From: Candidatus Methanoperedens sp.
GTDB lineage: Archaea > Halobacteriota > Methanosarcinia > Methanosarcinales > Methanoperedenaceae
Assembly: GCA_027460535.1 (NCBI GenBank)
Contig: JAPZAR010000027.1
Span: 180,001 to 212,000, forward strand
Reading direction: 5' to 3'
DNA: 32,000 bases
In this document: piece after piece, positions 26,052-32,000 of the stretch
Position numbering within the stretch: the stretch's first letter is position 1
Layout of the letters: every line of letters begins with the position of its first letter
Program-made: the position numbers and the translations under genes
Notes under the pieces: generated by a model
The model's input: only the letters and a program-made list of their open reading frames with translations
Told to the model about the DNA's origin: nothing
The model's database searches: none

Positions 26052-27530
26052 TTGATGAGCCCAGATATGCCCCCAATATTCGAAATTATAAACAAGGACA
26101 TCTGCGGTCGCATCGGGCGCCTTGAAACGCCGCATGGCACGGTGGAAACACCTGTTATTATGCCGGTTGTCAATCCCAATATCCAGACTATCAGGCCCGA
26201 TGAACTCCGGGACATAGGTGCTGAAATCATAATAACGAATTCCTATATCATTTATCGAAAACCGGAGCTCAGGGAGCGCGCCCTGAGAGAGGGATTGCAC
26301 TCTCTTCTGGGTTTTGACGGCCCGATAATGACAGATTCTGGGTCCTACCAGTTATCTGTTTATGGTGAAGTGGAAGTGAATAATAAGGAAATAGTCCAAT
26401 TCCAGCAGGAGATAGGCTCTGATATCGGCGTTCCGCTGGATATTCCCACGCCTCCGGATGTATCCAGAGAGCGGGCCGAATCGGAACTTGAAATAACCCA
26501 AAAGAGAGCAAAAGAAGCCCTGGGTTTAAAAAAGGATATGCTTCTGGCCGGACCTGTGCAGGGATCTACATTCCCTGATTTGCGTGAGCGCGCTGCGCGG
26601 GAGTTGAGCCAGCTTGATTTCGACATTTATCCGCTTGGGGCAGTTGTTCCCTTGATGGAAAATTACCGCTATTCAGACCTCGTGGACGTTATCGTGGCAT
26701 CGAAAAAAGGACTCTCACCTTCAGCTCCGGTCCACCTTTTTGGTGCTGGACACCCTGCGATGTTCTCCCTGGCGGTCGCGCTTGGCTGTGATCTATTCGA
26801 TTCTGCCTCATATGCCCTCTATGCCAAAGAGGGGCGGTACATGACAGTAAGGGGCACGTATCATCTGGATAAGCTCCAGTACCTGCCATGCTCATGCCCT
26901 GTATGTATTTCCCATGACGCGGGGAAGCTGATGAAAAGCGAAAAGCGGGAAGAACTGCTCGCGCGCCATAATCTCTACGCGACCTTCGAAGAGATGCGCG
27001 AAGTCAAGCAGGCAATAAAAGAAGGGAGCCTCTGGGAACTTGTGGAGCAGCGGTGCAGGTCACATCCCCAGCTCCTCAACGGGCTTAAGCGCGCGCTCCA
27101 TTACTCGGACTGGATAGAACAGTTCCAGCCAGTATCGAGATCCACCTTCTTTTACGGGGGGCCGGAATCGGCGCAGAGACCTGAGATATCAAGGTGCAGG
27201 AAAAAGCTCAGGAATCTCGATCTCAGGGGGAAAGTCCTGATCAGGGAACACAGGCTTGAAAAAGAGGAAGATTTCGACTGGGTACTTGAATTCAAAGCAC
27301 CCTTTGGCGCATATCCGCTTGAACTCAAGGAAACGTATCCCTTCAATGCCGAGGTGATCGATGAACCGGACTATGAGGCGCTGACGGTCGCGCTTCAAAA
27401 TACTCTTGAACTGATTGAGGCGAATCATGAGGCTGAGTTCACGTTCGTGTATGAGAGGGAGCATCCACTGATGGAAGAAATCGCGCAAAGAGCTATGTTG
27501 ATAACAAAAAGAGAAGATGGGCGCATTTGA
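26052..27530 (+). CDS. tgtA: Archaeosine tRNA-guanine(15) transglycosylase (ArcTGT)
   Basis: FEIINKDICGRIGRLETPHGTVETPVIMPVVNP, the TDSGSYQ motif, and the zinc site CSCPVC...H. At 492 aa it has no obvious C-terminal PUA domain. Confidence 0.9.
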   Translation: MMSPDMPPIFEIINKDICGRIGRLETPHGTVETPVIMPVVNPNIQTIRPDELRDIGAEIIITNSYIIYRKPELRERALREGLHSLLGFDGPIMTDSGSYQLSVYGEVEVNNKEIVQFQQEIGSDIGVPLDIPTPPDVSRERAESELEITQKRAKEALGLKKDMLLAGPVQGSTFPDLRERAARELSQLDFDIYPLGAVVPLMENYRYSDLVDVIVASKKGLSPSAPVHLFGAGHPAMFSLAVALGCDLFDSASYALYAKEGRYMTVRGTYHLDKLQYLPCSCPVCISHDAGKLMKSEKREELLARHNLYATFEEMREVKQAIKEGSLWELVEQRCRSHPQLLNGLKRALHYSDWIEQFQPVSRSTFFYGGPESAQRPEISRCRKKLRNLDLRGKVLIREHRLEKEEDFDWVLEFKAPFGAYPLELKETYPFNAEVIDEPDYEALTVALQNTLELIEANHEAEFTFVYEREHPLMEEIAQRAMLITKREDGRI

Positions 27531-27588
27531 GGGCTATATATAATATAGTGCGAAAGATTTAAGAATTATCAATACTATATTGTTGATA

Positions 27589-28905
27589 ATGACCTATGAA
27601 GAGATAATTATCAGGCAGAACCGGCACTGGAGGGGCGAAAAATTTCCCACAGGCATAGAGAGGGATATCAAGTTCGAGGTTCTGAAATTTCTTGAAACAA
27701 AATACGTTCTTGTAATAACAGGGGTCAGAAGGTCAGGTAAATCCTATCTACTTTTTCAACTTGTGGACGTTTTCTTAAAAAAATTACCGCCCGAAAACGT
27801 GCTCTATGTGAATTTCGATGATCCCGTTTTCCTGAGATTAATAACCGATCCTAATGGCATCGAAACCCTCTACAGGGATTACTTAAAGCTTAAAAACCCA
27901 AAAGGGATAAAGTATTTGCTGTTTGATGAAATCCAGAACGTTCCAAACTGGGAGAAGTGGATAAAAGCATCCTACGATATGGAGGAAGGTATAAGGTTCA
28001 TAATAACAGGCTCGAATGCTACGCTGTTATCCTCTGAACTCTCAACGCTCCTGACTGGAAGAAACCTTCAGTTTGAGGTATTTCCCTTTAATTTCAGGGA
28101 AATACTGAAAGCAAAGGGTGAAGATATAATCGTATCGCCTGACCCCAGAGAGATTTATGTGAGGAATTACGGGATAAAGGACACACTGAGGCATCATCTT
28201 GACGAGGTGCTTAAATGGGGTAGTTTCCCCGAGGTTGTTTTTCTTGATGAATCGCAGAGGGAGGCTGTTTTAAAAGAATATTATAAGGATATCCTATACA
28301 GGGACATCGTTCCCCGCTTTGAGGTGAGGCACGCTAATAAACTTGAAGAGATAGCCTATTTTGTAATGGGGAATATTTCAAACGCTGTGAGCTACCATAA
28401 TATCGGGGAACTTGCAGGAACCCATGAGAATACAGTCAGGGAATATCTTACTTATTTTGAAAAAGCCTATCTTTCGTTTCAGGTTGCTAAATTTTCATAC
28501 TCACTGAAAGAGCAAATAAAAAATCCAAAGAAGGTTTATTTCATCGATACGGGGATGAGAAATACCGTGTCTTTCAGGTTTTCACAGGATATCGGGAGGC
28601 TCTGCGAGAACCTTGTTTTTATTGACCTCAGGAGAAGGGGGAAGAAGGTTTATTACTGGAAGGGAAAGGGCGAAGTTGATTTTGTTGTAATGGAAGGCAT
28701 GAAGGTGGAGCAGTTGATCCAGGTATGCTGGGATATCAATGATGCTAAGACGAAGGAGAGGGAGGTGGCGGGGCTTGTGGAGGCTATGAGGAGTGTTGAG
28801 GTTGAGGAGGGGATTGTTGTGACGGATGATTATTTTGGGGAGGAGGAGAGGGAGGGGAAGAGGGTGAGGTTTGTGCCGCTGTGGTGCTGGCTGGTGAGGG
28901 AGTGA
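27589..28905 (+). CDS. AAA-type ATPase of the archaeal COG1373 / DUF4143 family
   Basis: Walker A is GVRRSGKS and Walker B is YLLFDEIQNVPNWEKW, with a DUF4143-like middle and a C-terminal nuclease-fold-like tail (GEVDFVV). ATG 27589 is preferred over TTG 27580. Confidence 0.85.
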   Translation: MTYEEIIIRQNRHWRGEKFPTGIERDIKFEVLKFLETKYVLVITGVRRSGKSYLLFQLVDVFLKKLPPENVLYVNFDDPVFLRLITDPNGIETLYRDYLKLKNPKGIKYLLFDEIQNVPNWEKWIKASYDMEEGIRFIITGSNATLLSSELSTLLTGRNLQFEVFPFNFREILKAKGEDIIVSPDPREIYVRNYGIKDTLRHHLDEVLKWGSFPEVVFLDESQREAVLKEYYKDILYRDIVPRFEVRHANKLEEIAYFVMGNISNAVSYHNIGELAGTHENTVREYLTYFEKAYLSFQVAKFSYSLKEQIKNPKKVYFIDTGMRNTVSFRFSQDIGRLCENLVFIDLRRRGKKVYYWKGKGEVDFVVMEGMKVEQLIQVCWDINDAKTKEREVAGLVEAMRSVEVEEGIVVTDDYFGEEEREGKRVRFVPLWCWLVRE

Positions 28906-29006
28906 GGGGTATTAGGGCTGATGCAAAGAGGTTGTAACACGGTGATGGTTATTTTAATTTCTGTTTTATTTGTTCAAGAGTTTCGCTTATTTTCTTAATG
29001 TAGTCT

Positions 29007-29219
29007 TCAATCTTTCCCGACATTTTCAATTCTCAGCACTAAAAAAGTAGGGGCAAGGAATTCTAATTTTCCAAATACTTTTGGAATTACCGTTGCTTTT
29101 CTAGCAACTCTCTGTTCTTCAAGAATTTCATTTGTAGAATAGGCATACCATATTGTAACGCCGGCTAGTACCGCCGTGGCAATAGCAAGAACGATGGTAC
29201 TTATTTCTATACTGTCCAT
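29007..29219 (-). CDS. Hypothetical 70-aa protein with an N-terminal TM helix
   Basis: The ORF has a hydrophobic N-terminus (ISTIVLAIATAVLAGVTIWYAY). I recognise no family, and it may be truncated. Confidence 0.35.
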   Translation of the reverse strand: MDSIEISTIVLAIATAVLAGVTIWYAYSTNEILEEQRVARKATVIPKVFGKLEFLAPTFLVLRIENVGKD

Positions 29220-29352
29220 AGTTACTCCTATTCAACCATACAATTATTTTTCGACTATAAGATAATTGTGTAAATTAGCATATTAAACCTTGTCAATTAA
29301 AATTGCGCATATTTTTGTTATGTTATCTGATATTCTAATAAGATGATCACTG

Positions 29353-29440
29353 CGCCGAGGACGGGATTCGAACCCGCGATGACCTGACGTGATCTATCAG
29401 ATTATCAGTCTGACGCCTTACCTGGCTAGACTACCTCGGC
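29353..29440 (-). tRNA. Class II tRNA with Ser-type architecture (long variable arm, G73) but anticodon GAT (Ile)
   Basis: Hand fold: GCCGAGG-TA-GTCT-AGCCAGGTA-AGGC-G-TCAGA-CTGATAA-TCTGA-TAGATCACGTCAGGTCATC-GCGGG-TTCGAATCCCGT-CCTCGGC-G. The acceptor has 7/7 Watson-Crick pairs, and U33, A37 and the T loop are canonical. Total 88 nt. Confidence 0.7.
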
Positions 29441-29463
29441 ACGATTTCTACCATGCTTTCAGT

Positions 29464-29473
29464 ATTTCTAAAG
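29464..29473 (-). promoter_or_regulatory. TATA-like box (TTTAGAAATA) for the class II tRNA
   Basis: It lies at -24 to -33 relative to the tRNA 5' end at 29440, the expected archaeal TATA position. Confidence 0.35.
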
Positions 29474-29547
29474 AATCTCCTAGCGGTGTGAAAGTATTAT
29501 CGGATTTCCAAGCAAATACTTAAATAATAGGGAAGATAGAAGATATT

Positions 29548-29585
29548 CTGACGTGATCAATCAGACATCAGTCTACAACTAGACT
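29548..29585 (-). repeat. Degenerate partial copy of the class II tRNA (D stem to variable arm, with the D loop deleted)
   Basis: On the plus strand, CTGACGTGATCaATCAGAcATCAGTCTacaacTAGACT aligns to 29384-29432 of the tRNA gene. There is no T arm or acceptor 3' strand. Confidence 0.5.
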
Positions 29586-29640
29586 GCCGGGGCGCATGCA
29601 TGATGCCTGCGCCCTTCTGTTTCTCTATTCTTTAAGGCGC

Positions 29641-30795
29641 TCAACCGAAAGTAAAAGTGAATGCCTGAAGACCGGGGTTCTCTATAACGATCTCAAGCGT
29701 ATGTTCGCCATAACCTGTGGGGTCTTCAATGAGTTTATAGAGACGGGATTCGGTCACATTAACGATGCTTGAACCATTTTTGTTCATAACATCTGCTCCG
29801 GCTTCATTTCCAAGCTGCTTGCCATCACGAAAAATTTGGATTATCGCACCGTCTTTTGCGCTTGCCACAAAATAAACGCTCTTTGCGTTATAGTGGAAAA
29901 TGACCTTTGCCTGTGGATTTTCATTTTCAGCATATTCTTCCTGAAAATTCCAGCTTCCCACGAGATAGAGGGTGTTGATATTGATTTCTGCGGGTTCGGA
30001 AAGGTTTTGAATCCCAACCATATTAGGCATTCCATTGCCAAGATATGTATTCCTGGCCGCACCAAAATAAACCTCTGGGCTTCCCACTTTTGTAAAATCA
30101 ACATCCACTGCGCTTGCAGGCTTTGAAATTTGAGTGGTAACCTTTTCATTTATATTCAAAACCGCCATCCTCTCCTGCAAAAGTTCCTGGATCTTCTGCT
30201 CCGCTTCATCGTATGCCCCTTCGCCAATATGGTCATAGACTATGAACCCATCTATATCGATGAGATATTTATGAGGCCAGTAGAGGTTGCCGTAAGCGGT
30301 CCATGTTGAATAATTGTTGTCCATAACCACAGGATATTTAACGCCGAATTTGTTCACCGCAGCAAGCACGTTTTCATATTTTTGTTCAAAGAGGAACTCA
30401 GGGGTGTGCACTCCAATGATCTCAAGCCCTTTATCCCCGTACTTTTCATACCAGCTGTTGAGATAGGGTATGGTCCGCTGGCAGTTGATACAACTGTATG
30501 TCCAGAAATCGATAAGAATGACCTTCTTGCCAATAAGCTCAGACACCGTGATCTTATCCGTGTTGATATAGCCGGAAGGATTAACAATTTCCTTGGCGAA
30601 TGGATATTTTGCCAGCTTATCTCTATTGAGAATTCTTTCTTCCTGTGCGGCGTTCGATAAGTTTCCTGCTGCGACGTTAGGCCGGATCACAGCTTCCTGT
30701 GGTGATATCCTCACAGGTTTCAGCGACTCTAAATATGTGATCGCCGAGGCAATCGCAATAAGAACCAGGATGAGAGTGATTGTTTTTGTTTTCAT
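29641..30795 (-). CDS. Membrane-anchored thioredoxin-like (redoxin) protein with a C-terminal beta-rich domain (DipZ C-terminal-like)
   Basis: N-terminal anchor is MKTKTITLILVLIAIASA. The redoxin motif is VILIDFWTYSCINCQRTIPYL (CxxC). It has a 4-nt overlap with ccdA upstream. Confidence 0.85.
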   Translation of the reverse strand: MKTKTITLILVLIAIASAITYLESLKPVRISPQEAVIRPNVAAGNLSNAAQEERILNRDKLAKYPFAKEIVNPSGYINTDKITVSELIGKKVILIDFWTYSCINCQRTIPYLNSWYEKYGDKGLEIIGVHTPEFLFEQKYENVLAAVNKFGVKYPVVMDNNYSTWTAYGNLYWPHKYLIDIDGFIVYDHIGEGAYDEAEQKIQELLQERMAVLNINEKVTTQISKPASAVDVDFTKVGSPEVYFGAARNTYLGNGMPNMVGIQNLSEPAEININTLYLVGSWNFQEEYAENENPQAKVIFHYNAKSVYFVASAKDGAIIQIFRDGKQLGNEAGADVMNKNGSSIVNVTESRLYKLIEDPTGYGEHTLEIVIENPGLQAFTFTFG

Positions 30796-31511
30796 TGTCG
30801 TAAGATGTAGCGATTGAGAGGCTCAAAATTAGCAATAAGATTCAGGTTCTGGGTAAAGGCAAGGATGCCAAGAATGATAAGTATGATCCCGAAAACCACG
30901 TTGATATATTTGAACAATGTTGCATGGCGAATTGTTACGCTGGCGATGAAACTGGATGCCTGCGATGTGAATAACCCCACAATAAGGAAAGGAACACCAA
31001 GCCCCAGCGAATACGAAAGCAGAAGATAGAATGCAAGTCCCGGCTCTATAGCAACAAGGCCCAGGATGCTGCCGAATGCGACACCTACACAGGGTGTCCA
31101 TCCGGCTGCAAGGGCAGATCCAAATAAGAAAGATGTGAGATATTTTGATTTGAATTTCCCGACTTTGAATTTATACTCTCTCTCAAGAAATGGTATCTCA
31201 ATGAGCCCGACAAGGTAAAGTCCGAAGATGATTATGATACTGCCGCCGATCCGTGCAAGCCATATCTGGACATCGTATGCAGCTCTCGCCAGGATAGAAT
31301 TTAGCAGAACACCAAGGGCTGCGAATATCACTGAAAATCCCAGAACAAAAAATACGCTGTTGAGAAAAATATCTCTGCGTTTCGATTTCGATTCGCCAAT
31401 CGACACCCCGGCCAGATATGCCAGGAATCCTGGGATGACCGGCAGCATGCAGGGGGATAGGAAGGATATCAATCCCCCGATGAACGCAACAACAATTGAA
31501 ATCTCGACCAT
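30792..31511 (-). CDS. ccdA: Cytochrome c biogenesis / thiol-disulfide transporter CcdA (DsbD core family)
   Basis: FLSPCMLPVIPGFLAYLAG and GWTPCVG motifs, about 6 TM helices, 239 aa. Confidence 0.9.
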   Translation of the reverse strand: MVEISIVVAFIGGLISFLSPCMLPVIPGFLAYLAGVSIGESKSKRRDIFLNSVFFVLGFSVIFAALGVLLNSILARAAYDVQIWLARIGGSIIIIFGLYLVGLIEIPFLEREYKFKVGKFKSKYLTSFLFGSALAAGWTPCVGVAFGSILGLVAIEPGLAFYLLLSYSLGLGVPFLIVGLFTSQASSFIASVTIRHATLFKYINVVFGIILIILGILAFTQNLNLIANFEPLNRYILRQ

Positions 31512-31639
31512 ACACTAACAATAATTTATTGACTGCATTGCTACTTAAAACTTTGTGGCGAATGCTGGTAATTAAGAATTTATGGGTAGATGACGAAAGC
31601 TTTATTCATGATTAAAAACGATGTCATTTGGGTGAGAAT

Positions 31640-32000
31640 ATGGTTAGTAATGAAAGATATATAGAAAAGCTGGAATTATCTAACATCCAAATTTCTAAGC
31701 ATTGTATACCTGGAAATAAGACTCGAGCCAATTGGGGTAAGAGTGCATGGTCAATATCTCAGGCAGTAGCGTTGGCATTTTTGGCGTTGCTGGCTCTCGG
31801 AACGATTGCGTTTCTTTCTCCGGTTGCTGCCGCGGCAGACGACGGAAATGGAGCTGTGTATACCATGACTAATGCGGCAGCAGGCAACGAGGTGATACGT
31901 TATGACCGGGCGGCCGATGGTACATTAATCTTCTCCGGTACCTTCTCAACTAATGGTATGGGGACGGGAAGCAGCCTTGGTAGCCAAGGCGGACTGGTAC
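31640..32000 (+). CDS. Secreted beta-propeller (lactonase-like) protein, 5' partial; runs off the window end
   Basis: Hand-translated open frame: MVSNERYIEK...AVALAFLALLALGTIAFLSPVAAAADDGNGAVYTMTNAAAGNEVIRYDRAADGTLIFSGTFSTNGMGTG. It has a signal/anchor segment, and GGTGAG lies upstream of the ATG. Confidence 0.55.
   Translation, partial: MVSNERYIEKLELSNIQISKHCIPGNKTRANWGKSAWSISQAVALAFLALLALGTIAFLSPVAAAADDGNGAVYTMTNAAAGNEVIRYDRAADGTLIFSGTFSTNGMGTGSSLGSQGGLV

Noticed and set aside
27566-27589. 7-bp inverted repeat TTATCAA-N10-TTGATAA abutting the ATPase start codon, and CTATAT-ATA-ATATAG at 27534-27548
   Set aside because: These are short, AT-rich and within chance expectation for a 32-kb window. 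They probably just reflect TATA-like promoter sequence.
28955-29050. Possible frameshift extending the 70-aa ORF into an alternative-frame helical tail (GKIEDYIKKISETLEQIKQKLK)
   Set aside because: The alternative frame is open for only about 26 codons. There is no homology to anchor a frameshift call. I cannot tell it apart from chance.
1-32000. CRISPR arrays, rRNA genes, transposases/integrases, known defence-system genes
   Set aside because: I scanned both strands and saw no spaced direct-repeat array and no rRNA-like segments. No ORF had DDE, tyrosine-recombinase or Cas-like motifs.

Overview
The window looks like a euryarchaeal chromosome segment, probably Methanosarcinales or ANME-like. 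This rests on an archaeal DnaG primase, archaeosine tRNA-guanine transglycosylase, a UPF0284-type CobT, an A1-U72 tRNA-Gln, Shine-Dalgarno-like GGAGGT sites and TATA-like boxes. It is mostly housekeeping genes in short operons. On the minus strand these are DUF167, a small Toprim protein, dnaG and a cobT-like gene. On the plus strand there is a UDP-GlcNAc operon (glmU-like, glmS, glmM, second glmU-like) followed by tgtA. A surface-glycan cluster has GT2, GT4 and GT4 genes plus an antisense cobalamin radical-SAM gene. A ccdA/thioredoxin pair resembles a split DipZ. I found three tRNA genes by hand-folding, and no CRISPR array, rRNA or recognisable transposase/integrase. The items most worth a second look are: (1) an 88-nt Ser-type (class II, G73) tRNA whose anticodon reads GAU (Ile), with its own TATA box and a degenerate partial copy about 100 bp away; (2) an AT-rich (~30% GC) island next to tRNA-Val, holding an orphan membrane protein and a sharply bounded 65% GC segment that folds into two long hairpins; (3) moaA running 55 nt into the antisense tRNA-Val gene; (4) a tRNA-Gln with a duplicated 3' half about 90 bp downstream; (5) a HEAT-repeat protein fused to a diadenylate-cyclase-like domain with altered catalytic motifs; (6) an extremely G-rich, C-poor 180-nt tract at the 3' end of an AAA ATPase gene. 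All family assignments come from motif recognition by eye. No searches or folding programs were run.
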